DNA of 32,000 bases from Fibrobacter succinogenes subsp. succinogenes S85 (GCF_000146505.1 NC_017448.1:2940001-2972000); one strand, 5' to 3'. Shown: positions 22,423 to 30,454, numbered from the stretch's first letter. Notes: a model not told the origin generated them from the letters alone. Program-made: numbers and translations.

Positions 22423-23907
22423 TTAATTTGAAACTTTAAACTGTTTGGGAGCGGCGTAGGCCATTTGAACTAGGATGTCCTTGCCGGTTTCCATGAGCTT
22501 TTTGGCTTGCTCGGCGAGTGTGTCGCTGTCGTTTTCTTTGATGACTTTGCTCAAATGCTCCATGGCGGCGTTCACATTAGATTTTGTCTGGATGCGGAGC
22601 TCGCCAATGTCAAAGTGCGCACGGCGGATAATGGCTGCATCCGTTTCTTTTGCAAGCCCCTTCTCGAGCAACGTAATTGCGGCCTCCGGGATTTTCTTCT
22701 GCTTGGCGGTGGCTCCCCATTCAATCCATTGCGTGCTCGGAATTTCAGCATAGCTCATGGCAATCTTGTTTACGGCGTCCTTGACTTCCATAAACTTGAC
22801 CGGTTCTTCTTGCAACAGCGCTGTCAACCCGTATTGCAATAGACGAGCCGCATTCTCGTTTTCACCATTGTTTGCTGCTTCAAGACCCTTGTTAATCATA
22901 TTGCGGGTGCGTTCAGCTGGTGTTGCCACTTCTTCATTCTTTTGTTCGGTAACAACTTGTTTGGCGTTTCCTTCTGCGCGATGAGGCATGAAGTACCCTG
23001 CAAGCCCGCCTAAAGCAAAGAAGAACGGCGATTCCACAGCGACCGCATTGAATATTCCAGGATTCAGGAACCAGTCAATAGCCATGCTCCCGGCGAGGGC
23101 TAATTGCGAAATCTTGCTGACGTAAGACGGAATGGCGTCTTTCTCCTTGTCGAATACATTTGCACCAAGCAAAAAGCAAATCATCAGGCTTACGCCCATG
23201 TAGCGTTGCGATGCAAACTGCCCAAAGAACGATGTGTCTACGAGTAAATCGACAAAGAAACCGCTAATAATTGCGATTACTACCCCGTAAATGTAAACAA
23301 AGATTGCGTGCCAGCGCTTCTCAAGCTGTATCAGCGCAAACATGAAAAATACGACGAAGAAAATAAAGGACCATGCGCTTGGGAACAGCAAACTGCAAGT
23401 GAGCCAACTTTCGGTATTGCCTCGGCTAGGCTGGTATGCCCAACGGTAACGGAGGAATTTGTCCGTATAATTGTAAATCCATTTTTTGAGTTCCGCCTCA
23501 TATTGCTTGTCGGTCGGGTAGTTGCCATGCTCCTTGGCGTACTGTTCTTTGCCGCCCTGATTTTCCCACCAATCGAGGAATTCTCCCTTCATTTCCTCGA
23601 TGCGGTCTTCTATAATCGGTGTCGGTTTCTCGACTTTGTAGCGTTCTTTGTAAAGCTCAAATTCTTGCGCCTTTATGGTGTCGTTTGGCGTGAGTCCCAC
23701 GTTTCTGAATTCCTGGGCGCGTTCTTCGTCCCACCACTTGTCGAAGGACTGGTGGATTTCCTTTTCCTGGCGGAATTTTTGGATGATGGGGTCAAAGCTG
23801 GTCTGGACGTTGAAAACCCCGAGTGCTGCGATCGCCAAAAGCGTCACGTAATGATGGAATTTGAAAAACCGGAACGGTTTTAGGAGGATGCTCAATATTT
23901 TCTTCAT
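22423..23907 (-). CDS. Multi-pass membrane protein with Trp/Glu/Lys-rich loop domain and helical (TPR-like) C-terminal domain, function unknown
   Basis: 494 aa from ATG 23907 (the ORF track starts at TTG 23925). N-terminal TM, then a ~140-aa soluble region with an internal FDKWWDEE / FLDWWENQ repeat, then about 5 TM segments, then a ~175-aa helical tail. No family recognised. Confidence 0.7.
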   Translation of the reverse strand: MKKILSILLKPFRFFKFHHYVTLLAIAALGVFNVQTSFDPIIQKFRQEKEIHQSFDKWWDEERAQEFRNVGLTPNDTIKAQEFELYKERYKVEKPTPIIEDRIEEMKGEFLDWWENQGGKEQYAKEHGNYPTDKQYEAELKKWIYNYTDKFLRYRWAYQPSRGNTESWLTCSLLFPSAWSFIFFVVFFMFALIQLEKRWHAIFVYIYGVVIAIISGFFVDLLVDTSFFGQFASQRYMGVSLMICFLLGANVFDKEKDAIPSYVSKISQLALAGSMAIDWFLNPGIFNAVAVESPFFFALGGLAGYFMPHRAEGNAKQVVTEQKNEEVATPAERTRNMINKGLEAANNGENENAARLLQYGLTALLQEEPVKFMEVKDAVNKIAMSYAEIPSTQWIEWGATAKQKKIPEAAITLLEKGLAKETDAAIIRRAHFDIGELRIQTKSNVNAAMEHLSKVIKENDSDTLAEQAKKLMETGKDILVQMAYAAPKQFKVSN

Positions 23908-23914
23908 ACTAATG

Positions 23915-23920
23915 AATATA
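23915..23920 (-). promoter_or_regulatory. Candidate -10 hexamer TATATT 7 nt upstream of ATG 23907
   Basis: The minus strand reads tatatt-cattagt-ATG. The hexamer lies inside the hairpin ctaatga-tttgtttatat-tcattag. No SD. Confidence 0.25.
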
Positions 23921-23978
23921 AACAAATCATTAGTGAAGCGTAATTGGGCTAGGGGGCGAAATGTAGTCTAAAAGCGGG

Positions 23979-25085
23979 TTAGAACGTGCGCTTTCCGTAT
24001 TCGTTCAGCTGGTTCCACAGAAAATCGGTATTTACGTCCCGGAATCCCTGGGCGTTTACCTCTTCGCGGAGCTTGTGGGCGAGGGCAAAAAGGTTCGGGC
24101 TCTTTTGCATGCGCTCGTTCACATCGAATGTGGTGAGGGCGTCAATCCATTCGTGAATTTCCGGGAAGCGGTCGTCGTTGAACACGTTTTCGCGGCCGCT
24201 CTCGATGTATTCCATGTAACGCTTGGTAATCAGGCGACCCTCTTCGGTGTAGATTTCCTTCGCCTTGGGGTAGAGCTTTACGCCGGTCAGGTATTCGTGC
24301 ATCACGGCACCGAAACTAAAGTAGTCCACTGCGTATGTGATGTTTTCGCTAGACTGGGCGAGTTCCGGTGCGCTGTAGCTAGGCGAAAAGACTCCGCCAC
24401 CTTCGGTAACGGATTCGCGCATCTTGACTTGGGCGTAACCAAAGTCGCAAATCAAAATCTTGTGGTTGTTCTTGTGCGCCGGATTCTGGCAAAGGAGCAA
24501 GTTCTTGGGCTTGATGTCCTTATGCACAATTTGGTAGTAATGGAGCTGGCTGATGGTGTTTGCAAGGTAGGCGATTTGAGCCACGCGCTGCAAAAGTTCT
24601 TCGTCAGTGAGCTTGGGCTTGATGACTCTGTCGAGAGCACAATCCTTGATGAACTCCAGCTTGAGGTAAGGGTGGCGACCCGCGATGCCTCCGCCAAAAG
24701 ACTGCACCACGCCTTCGATGTTTGTAGCCCGGACGAGGTTGTTGATGCGGATTTCGTCTTGGAATGCGCTCAGGAGCATGTTCAAACGGTGCAGGCGGTT
24801 CTTGCCTGGGGGAGCCCAGTACTTGCATATCTTCACGACGATTTCTTTTTCGTCGTAGTGCTTTTCGTCGCGCGGGTGTTTAATCCAGAGCTTGGCGCGG
24901 TATAGCTGGTTTGTGCCTACGAGCGAAAGCGGCTCGATAAGCTCGATGCGTTCTGCATTGCCGTTGTGCTTAAAGTCAGGATTGTGGTCGAACCACCGCT
25001 GGTATTCTTCCATGGTGTAGTTCGGACGGAGCGCCAAATTGCGCGCAACCCTGTCCATCATTTCTGCCAAATTGTTCCAGAACAT
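23979..25085 (-). CDS. Hanks-type Ser/Thr protein kinase-like protein (non-RD, no canonical Gly-rich loop)
   Basis: 368 aa. Beta3 Lys in EIVVKICK, alphaC Glu in AFQDEIRINN, catalytic loop IVHKDIKPKNLLL, DFG in ILICDFGYA, APE in SPSYSAPELA. No GxGxxG (VGTNQLY instead). No TM or recognisable sensor domain. Confidence 0.85.
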   Translation of the reverse strand: MFWNNLAEMMDRVARNLALRPNYTMEEYQRWFDHNPDFKHNGNAERIELIEPLSLVGTNQLYRAKLWIKHPRDEKHYDEKEIVVKICKYWAPPGKNRLHRLNMLLSAFQDEIRINNLVRATNIEGVVQSFGGGIAGRHPYLKLEFIKDCALDRVIKPKLTDEELLQRVAQIAYLANTISQLHYYQIVHKDIKPKNLLLCQNPAHKNNHKILICDFGYAQVKMRESVTEGGGVFSPSYSAPELAQSSENITYAVDYFSFGAVMHEYLTGVKLYPKAKEIYTEEGRLITKRYMEYIESGRENVFNDDRFPEIHEWIDALTTFDVNERMQKSPNLFALAHKLREEVNAQGFRDVNTDFLWNQLNEYGKRTF

Positions 25086-25091
25086 GGCAAA

Positions 25092-25120
25092 AATTTAACA
25101 AAATGCAAAGGAATGTGCAA
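25092..25120 (-). promoter_or_regulatory. Candidate promoter of the kinase gene with leaderless geometry
   Basis: The minus strand reads TTGCAC (25120-25115), a 17-nt spacer, TAAATT (25097-25092), 6 nt (tttgcc), then ATG. No SD. The -35 overlaps the T-tract of the upstream terminator. Confidence 0.4.
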
Positions 25121-25147
25121 AAAAGATGCCCGCTCAGCGGCGGGCAT
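25119..25147 (-). terminator. Intrinsic terminator of the LOG-family gene (built from a REP-like unit)
   Basis: Minus-strand RNA: AUGCCCGC-cgcuga-GCGGGCAU followed by cUUUUUU. It is preceded by the tgtcatgcc seed. Confidence 0.55.
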
Positions 25148-25193
25148 GACAGTGTCGCTATGTCCCCCCGGCCTTTGTATCGGGGTCGGTATT

Positions 25194-26036
25194 CTATTTC
25201 TTTTTCTCTTGGTCTTCGGCGTGGGATCGTGCGAATGTGACCGATTCTTCGCTCTGTTCTTCGAGCCTAGAGGTGATGAAGTCGTAAGCCTCGTCGACCG
25301 TGTCGCAGAACTTGAAGAGCTTGAGGTCTTCCGGGTTGATCATGCCAGTTTCGGCAAAGAATTCCCAGTTCAAGGCCTTCTTCCAGAAGTTCGAATCGAA
25401 AATCACGACCGGCATCTGCTGCGCGTACTTATCGGTCTGGATAAGCGTGAGCATTTCGAAGGCTTCGTCGAGCGTGCCGAATCCGCCTGGAAAAATCACG
25501 AGTGCACGAGCCATGCGCAAGAACCAGTACTTACGCACAAAGAAATAACGGAACTGCAAATTCAGTTCGTCATCGATGTACGGGTTGCAATGTTGTTCGA
25601 AAGGCAACTTGATGTTCAAACCGATAGAAGGCGTACCCACGTCAGATGCACCGCGGTTGCCGGCTTCCATAATGCCCGGACCACCGCCCGTCATGATGGC
25701 GTAGCCGTGGTGGCGCTTGTTAATCCACTTGCCGAGCTTTGCCGCAAGTTCGCGTGCGGCATTGTAAGAATCAGCGACTTTGGAGAGACGGTCAAGCCTT
25801 GCAAGTTCCTTTTTATCCTTGCAGCCCTTGCGGCGTTTCTTAATTTCGTCGGGCGGGAGTGTACGTGCCGAACCAAAGAATACGATAGAATTCTTGATCT
25901 CTTCTTGTGCAAAAACTTGTGCAGGCTGGAAAAATTCAGAAAGGAATCGAATGGGGCGTGCGGCATCGCTTTCCATAAATTCAGCGTTGTGGTATGCCAT
26001 CTGCCCTGGAATCGTGCGGACTTTTTTCGGTGCCAT
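25194..26036 (-). CDS. LOG-family (TIGR00730-type) Rossmann-fold nucleotide phosphoribohydrolase/nucleosidase
   Basis: 280 aa. MTGGGPGIMEAGNRGA and VIFPGGFGTLDEAFE signatures. N-terminal AYHNAEFMESDAARPIRFLSEF extension typical of one LOG subgroup. AGAGG SD. Confidence 0.9.
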   Translation of the reverse strand: MAPKKVRTIPGQMAYHNAEFMESDAARPIRFLSEFFQPAQVFAQEEIKNSIVFFGSARTLPPDEIKKRRKGCKDKKELARLDRLSKVADSYNAARELAAKLGKWINKRHHGYAIMTGGGPGIMEAGNRGASDVGTPSIGLNIKLPFEQHCNPYIDDELNLQFRYFFVRKYWFLRMARALVIFPGGFGTLDEAFEMLTLIQTDKYAQQMPVVIFDSNFWKKALNWEFFAETGMINPEDLKLFKFCDTVDEAYDFITSRLEEQSEESVTFARSHAEDQEKKK

Positions 26037-26135
26037 AATAAACCTCTTTTTCGTTATATATGGAATAATATACGTTAAAATGGCTTTAGGGGCGAAAAAA
26101 TAAGGTTTTTATCTTCTTACTTGGACTAACATTTA

Positions 26136-26141
26136 TATATT
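26136..26141 (+). promoter_or_regulatory. Candidate -10 hexamer TATATT 6 nt upstream of ATG 26148
   Basis: tatatt-agtggt-ATG with no SD. Weak or absent -35. Confidence 0.25.
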
Positions 26142-26147
26142 AGTGGT

Positions 26148-26360
26148 ATGCTAGTAAAAATGTGGACAGATAATTTTGTCATTACAGGCGAAATCGACAC
26201 GTTGCGTGACGAATGCCTCACGGACTATATTCGTGAAAACAAGGACTTTATTGCGGTGACGCAGGTGCGCGTTTGCGACAGGAATGAAAAGGACCTGTTC
26301 CGTACGCACTTCCTCAACGTCAGCACCAGTCACATCGAGATTATTCTCCCGGCTGAATAA
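26148..26360 (+). CDS. Small conserved-looking hypothetical protein (70 aa)
   Basis: It fills an otherwise empty 324-bp gap. The pattern ..VITGEIDTL..CLTDYI....FIAVTQVRV.......F..HFLNV..SHIEIILP resembles, from memory, a small beta-rich family seen in diverse anaerobes; I cannot name the family reliably. Confidence 0.55.
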   Translation: MLVKMWTDNFVITGEIDTLRDECLTDYIRENKDFIAVTQVRVCDRNEKDLFRTHFLNVSTSHIEIILPAE

Positions 26361-28934
26361 TTACCACTCGATTGCAATCTTTGCGACGAGGAAGCGGCGG
26401 GAGACTTCATCGAGCTTGGCCGGGTCAATCTCAATGCCAAGCAGCCCTGCAAAAATGACAAACGGACTAGGGGTTGTCCCCTGGTTGTTACACTTGACGC
26501 GCACAACCATTGTGCCGTTCTGAATATCAATCCCTAAAACCTGCTCGTTCAAGTTCATCTGCTGACCGCGGTGGTTCGTGACAATAGGCAATTGCTTTTG
26601 TTCGAACTTTTGCATAAGGTCGGCGGGGATGCTTTCGGGCGTGTGGCGGTAGACCATCGCTTTCGGGAAATGCTTCGAGAGCTTTTCCTTTAATGGCTCG
26701 ATATCCACGATTTCCATGCCGCGCGGGAACGGAGCGCTGAGCTTTGCGATAATGGCGGGTTTGCCTTCGGCGGAGAGGTCAAGCTTTTGCAGTAAATCAA
26801 CGCTGATGACTTCGCAGTAAGTTTCGAGTCCAAGCGGCAAGGCCCCCATGTTCACAATGCGGGGTTTCGGGCTGAAGCCTTCGCTGAACTTGATCGGGAT
26901 GCCTGCGCAAATGAACGTGCGTTCGAAGAAACTGAGCATGTTGTGGTGCGGCAGGAATCGGCTGATGCCGGACTTCTTGAACGTAATCTTGTAACTGTAG
27001 CTCACCTTCTGGCTCGGGCGGCGTTCTGCCACGAGCTTCTTGATTTCTTCAGGGGTACGGCTCGGCGCCTTGTGGCGCACAGGGTCGTCGGCGAGGACGA
27101 TTTCTTTGCCGAATCCCGGGATGCCGCAAGCTTGGCAGTCGCCCCATTTGCAGTTCGGCACAGGTGCGGAATTTGGATCGAAAGCCTTTTCCCATTCGCG
27201 GCGCAAGTATTGCTTTGTCGTGCCTGCGTGAATAAAGTCCCACGGGAAGACTTCGTCCTTGTCGCGTTCGCGGTAGACCCAGTTCGTGTCGTAGCCGCAT
27301 TCTTGCCAGACTTCGAGCCATTTGTTAAAGTCAAAACGGTAGCTGTCGCTTTCGAAGATAATGCCCTTCTTGTAGGCGGCGTAAATGACTGGACCGAGGC
27401 TGCGGTCGCCACGGCTGTAGACCGCTTCCAAGAAACTTGTTTCCCAGGCCGCCCAGTTGATTTTCACGTTCGGGTGCTTGAAGAACTTTTCGCGCACGTA
27501 GCGGATGTGCCCGAGTGCTGTTTCTTTGTCCATAAACGGAGCCCATTGCAGGCCCGTAAACGACTTCGGGATGAGAATGCCGATGCTCACTGCAATTTGA
27601 ATGCCGCGATTGTACTTGCGCCCGATTTTCACGAGATTGAAGATGAGTTCGCAGAACGCCTGCATGTCATCTAGGTTCTCGGTCGGGAAACCGATCATCG
27701 TGTAAAGCTTGATCTTGTTGAACCCGCTAGAGAATGCGTGTTCGGCAGCGTCGTACATGTCTTGGTCGCTGATGGTCTTGTTGATCATCTTGCGGATGCG
27801 TTCGGATCCAGTTTCTGGCGCAAACGTAGCGCTGCGGCCGCCCTTGAGCGCAGCAACTTTTTCGGCGAGACTTTGTCCGAAACTGTTGACGCGGATACTA
27901 GGGAGGCTTACGTCTACGTTATCGTAAAACGGGTCGTCAATAATGGAGTCCGTGAGTGCTTCGACCGGTTTGTAGTCAGCAGTAGAAAGCGACAAAAGAC
28001 CAAGTTCGCGTTCGCCCGTCGCCTGGATACCCGCTTTTGCAATGTCCAAAACATCGTCCGGATTGAGCTCGCGGCACGGTCTGTACCAAATGCCTGCCTG
28101 GCAGAACCTACAACCCTGCGCACAACCACGCATCACTTCCACACTAAAACGGTTGTGGACAAGTTGCATGTTTGCAATCAAGTTCTTGATGGGGTAGTCT
28201 TTCGGGTCGAGTTTTGGGATAAACTGGCGGCGTACACCGTTAGTCTTTTCGTAGGAACCCTTTGCGGGTTCTGCCGGGACGATTACGCCGTATTCGTTCT
28301 TGACGACCTTCATCAAGCTCGGTACGTAAACGCCATCGAGTTTAGACAAGTTTTCTAGAATTTGGGCGCGCTTGAGACCTGCCTTGCGGCCTTCGCCCAC
28401 GCAACGTACAAAATCGACAACAAGCTTTTCGCCATCGCCAATCATGAACGCGTCAAAGAAATCGGCGACCGGTTCGGGGTTCCCCATCGAGGGTCCGCCC
28501 GAAACGACAATCGGGTCGCTTTCGGCACGGTCTTTTTGCCATGCCGGAATCCCTGCAAGTTCAAGCACGTACGGCACGTTTGTAAAGTTGAGCTCGGTCT
28601 GGAGCGTAAGCCCCACGACTTCGTAATCTTTGACCGCCGTATAGCTTGCGTGCGTATAAAGCGGAATATCGTACTTCTTCATCTCGGCGGCCATGTCATC
28701 CCATGGAGCAAAAGCCACTTCGCAAAGCAAATCCGGTTCGCGGTTCAGCACATGGTACAAAATTCTGAGCCCGTTGTTGCTCATGCCGATTTCGTAAGTG
28801 TCCGGGAACACAAACGCCATGCGTGCAAGCATTTTGCTGTGGTCTTTGATGACGCTGTTCGCTTCGCCGCCCATGTAACGGGCGGGGGATTCTACTGCGG
28901 GGAGTGCAAGTGCGATTTTCTCAAGGATTGTCAT
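26361..28934 (-). CDS. Radical SAM protein (TIGR03960-like, B12-binding-like N-domain) fused to a radical-SAM-linked DUF2344/TIGR03936-like domain
   Basis: 857 aa. 4Fe-4S motif VMRGCAQGCRFCQAG (CxxxCxxC). The C-terminal ~230 aa (YKITFKKSGISRFLPHHNMLSFFERTFICAGIPIKFSEGFSPKPRI..ALPLGLETYCEVISVDL) match the DUF2344 pattern as I remember it. Confidence 0.88.
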   Translation of the reverse strand: MTILEKIALALPAVESPARYMGGEANSVIKDHSKMLARMAFVFPDTYEIGMSNNGLRILYHVLNREPDLLCEVAFAPWDDMAAEMKKYDIPLYTHASYTAVKDYEVVGLTLQTELNFTNVPYVLELAGIPAWQKDRAESDPIVVSGGPSMGNPEPVADFFDAFMIGDGEKLVVDFVRCVGEGRKAGLKRAQILENLSKLDGVYVPSLMKVVKNEYGVIVPAEPAKGSYEKTNGVRRQFIPKLDPKDYPIKNLIANMQLVHNRFSVEVMRGCAQGCRFCQAGIWYRPCRELNPDDVLDIAKAGIQATGERELGLLSLSTADYKPVEALTDSIIDDPFYDNVDVSLPSIRVNSFGQSLAEKVAALKGGRSATFAPETGSERIRKMINKTISDQDMYDAAEHAFSSGFNKIKLYTMIGFPTENLDDMQAFCELIFNLVKIGRKYNRGIQIAVSIGILIPKSFTGLQWAPFMDKETALGHIRYVREKFFKHPNVKINWAAWETSFLEAVYSRGDRSLGPVIYAAYKKGIIFESDSYRFDFNKWLEVWQECGYDTNWVYRERDKDEVFPWDFIHAGTTKQYLRREWEKAFDPNSAPVPNCKWGDCQACGIPGFGKEIVLADDPVRHKAPSRTPEEIKKLVAERRPSQKVSYSYKITFKKSGISRFLPHHNMLSFFERTFICAGIPIKFSEGFSPKPRIVNMGALPLGLETYCEVISVDLLQKLDLSAEGKPAIIAKLSAPFPRGMEIVDIEPLKEKLSKHFPKAMVYRHTPESIPADLMQKFEQKQLPIVTNHRGQQMNLNEQVLGIDIQNGTMVVRVKCNNQGTTPSPFVIFAGLLGIEIDPAKLDEVSRRFLVAKIAIEW

Positions 28935-28957
28935 ACCCCCAAAAATAGATAATCTTG

Positions 28958-28986
28958 TTGCCTGCCCTGTAATATTTTAATATTAT
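28958..28986 (+). promoter_or_regulatory. Candidate promoter of the GGDEF-domain gene with near-leaderless geometry
   Basis: TTGCCT (28958-28963), a 17-nt spacer, TATTAT (28981-28986), 7 nt, then ATG 28994. No SD. Confidence 0.4.
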
Positions 28987-28993
28987 TTATGGT

Positions 28994-30349
28994 ATGAATA
29001 TCGTTAAATATATCTTTTGGTTGGTCGCCTTTTTGATGGGCGTTATTGCTGCATATGTAGTCCCCGAAGAGACTATGTCCGTCGGGGCGAAGTTCATATT
29101 TGTCGGAGCTTGGGGCGCAGTGCTCGGCTTCGTTTTTTATACCGTCTGCAGCAGGCAGATTGAAGCCATCGAAAACGATTTTAACGAGGTGCTGAACAAG
29201 CCGCAGCCCAAGGACACGCAGTTCGTGTCGGTCCGCCTCCAAGAAGAAAAGAAGAACCCGCTCCCGCCGGGGGCAATCCCCGCCGCCGAAGCCCTCAAGC
29301 AGCAGCCCGTGCCTGCCTCCATCAAGAAACTTGATGCCGCCGCCCTCAAGGTCGGGTTCCCGCTCGAAGCCTGGAACGGCTTTAAGCTCGGTATTCTGCG
29401 CAACCGTCCGTTCACCGAAGTCATCGACGCCATGCAAAAGCTCTTGCCGGAACTCTTCCCCGAAGCTTCTGGCGTACTTTATATGTACGGCGGCGTGCAG
29501 ACTGAACTCTCTCAGATTTTCCGCTTTGGTCCGAACGTCATCAGTGACGAAACCGTGCTTCCAGCCGAATGCGCAAGCTTCAATACCGGCGACATCGTCG
29601 TGACTGACTATAGCTCTCCTGAAGTCTCTAGCGGTTGTACGCACTTGCACCACCGCCCGAAGGGCCTTGCCATTTGCGCCCCGATCGAAGGCCTCGAAGA
29701 ACACTTCGGCATTCTGACACTCCAGGTCGATAAGCTCCCGGAAACCGAAACCAAGGAATACTGGCAGGCCAAGGTGAGCATTGTCGCTACCGCGTTTGGA
29801 CTTTACGTGGCGAACCAGGACCTCAGCATGCGCTTTGAACAGCACAGCATCCGCGACGTGCTGACCGGTCTTTTTAACAAACGTTATATGGAAGAATCGC
29901 TCAGCCGCGAAATCACTGCTGCTGTGCGCCACAAGTCGCCCATTGGTATCGTGATGCTTTACCCCGATGCAATCCCTGCTGTGCAGAACGCTCAAGGCCG
30001 CCATGCCGTGGAACAGCTCTTCTGGGAACTTGGACAGCGCTTGCCGAGCTACATCCGTGGCGAAGACATCCCGTGCCGCTATTCCGATGACGTGTTCTGC
30101 GTGATTATGCCGGGCGCCGACCTCAACATCACGAGAAACCGTGCCGAACGCATCCGTAATGAAATCTCGCAGCTCCAGATCGCTTACGGCGAAGGAATCC
30201 TCGCAACCACGCTCAGCATGGGCGTTGCTGTGATGCCGACCCACGCAAATGATGCCGGCTCGCTCATCTACACCGCAGAAGCCTCCCTCCAGATGGCCAT
30301 GCAGGCCGGTGGCAACCGCGTCGTCGTCGCAAACTCTGTGATGAAGTAA
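28994..30349 (+). CDS. Membrane-anchored GAF-like + degenerate GGDEF domain protein (SDDVF in place of GGDEF; RxxD I-site retained)
   Basis: 451 aa. Two N-terminal TM helices. GAF-like middle region (..GVLYMYGG...CASFNTGDIVV..CTHL..LAICAPIEGLEEHFGILTLQVD). GGDEF-domain start RDVLTGLFNKRYMEESL. RGED (aa 355-358), then IPCRY, then SDDVF (aa 364-368), then CVIMPGAD. Confidence 0.85.
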   Translation: MNIVKYIFWLVAFLMGVIAAYVVPEETMSVGAKFIFVGAWGAVLGFVFYTVCSRQIEAIENDFNEVLNKPQPKDTQFVSVRLQEEKKNPLPPGAIPAAEALKQQPVPASIKKLDAAALKVGFPLEAWNGFKLGILRNRPFTEVIDAMQKLLPELFPEASGVLYMYGGVQTELSQIFRFGPNVISDETVLPAECASFNTGDIVVTDYSSPEVSSGCTHLHHRPKGLAICAPIEGLEEHFGILTLQVDKLPETETKEYWQAKVSIVATAFGLYVANQDLSMRFEQHSIRDVLTGLFNKRYMEESLSREITAAVRHKSPIGIVMLYPDAIPAVQNAQGRHAVEQLFWELGQRLPSYIRGEDIPCRYSDDVFCVIMPGADLNITRNRAERIRNEISQLQIAYGEGILATTLSMGVAVMPTHANDAGSLIYTAEASLQMAMQAGGNRVVVANSVMK

Positions 30350-30372
30350 GCGTCAATCCAGTTAAGTCTTGT

Positions 30373-30397
30373 AAAGCCTCCCTCGGGAGGCTTTTTT
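30373..30397 (+). terminator. Intrinsic terminator of the GGDEF-domain gene
   Basis: aaagcctcc-ctcg-ggaggcttt (9-bp stem) followed by a T-run, 24 nt after the stop. Confidence 0.7.
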
Positions 30398-30454
30398 ATA
30401 TGTATAGTCGTGCTAAAATGGAAGTGGACTTCCTAGTTAGTGCGAATTTTTAAA

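Noticed and set aside
23908-23935. Hairpin ctaatga-N11-tcattag just upstream of the membrane-protein start, as a translational control element
   Set aside because: It is a 7-bp all-AT-rich stem with low predicted stability. It is kept only as a note in the promoter feature.
24075-26078. Plus-strand ORFs of 276 aa and 370 aa opposite the kinase and LOG genes
   Set aside because: Antisense shadows. The kinase (HKD/DFG/APE) and LOG (GGGPG/PGGFGT) motifs are on the minus strand.
26148-28934. RiPP-like pairing of a small ORF with a radical SAM enzyme
   Set aside because: The genes are convergent, not co-oriented. The radical SAM belongs to a widespread housekeeping-looking family. The small ORF has no Cys/Ser/Thr-rich core or leader-like features.
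28931-30244. 437-aa minus-strand ORF opposite the GGDEF-domain gene
   Set aside because: No recognisable motifs. The plus strand has the TM, GAF-like and GGDEF-domain signatures plus a promoter and terminator.
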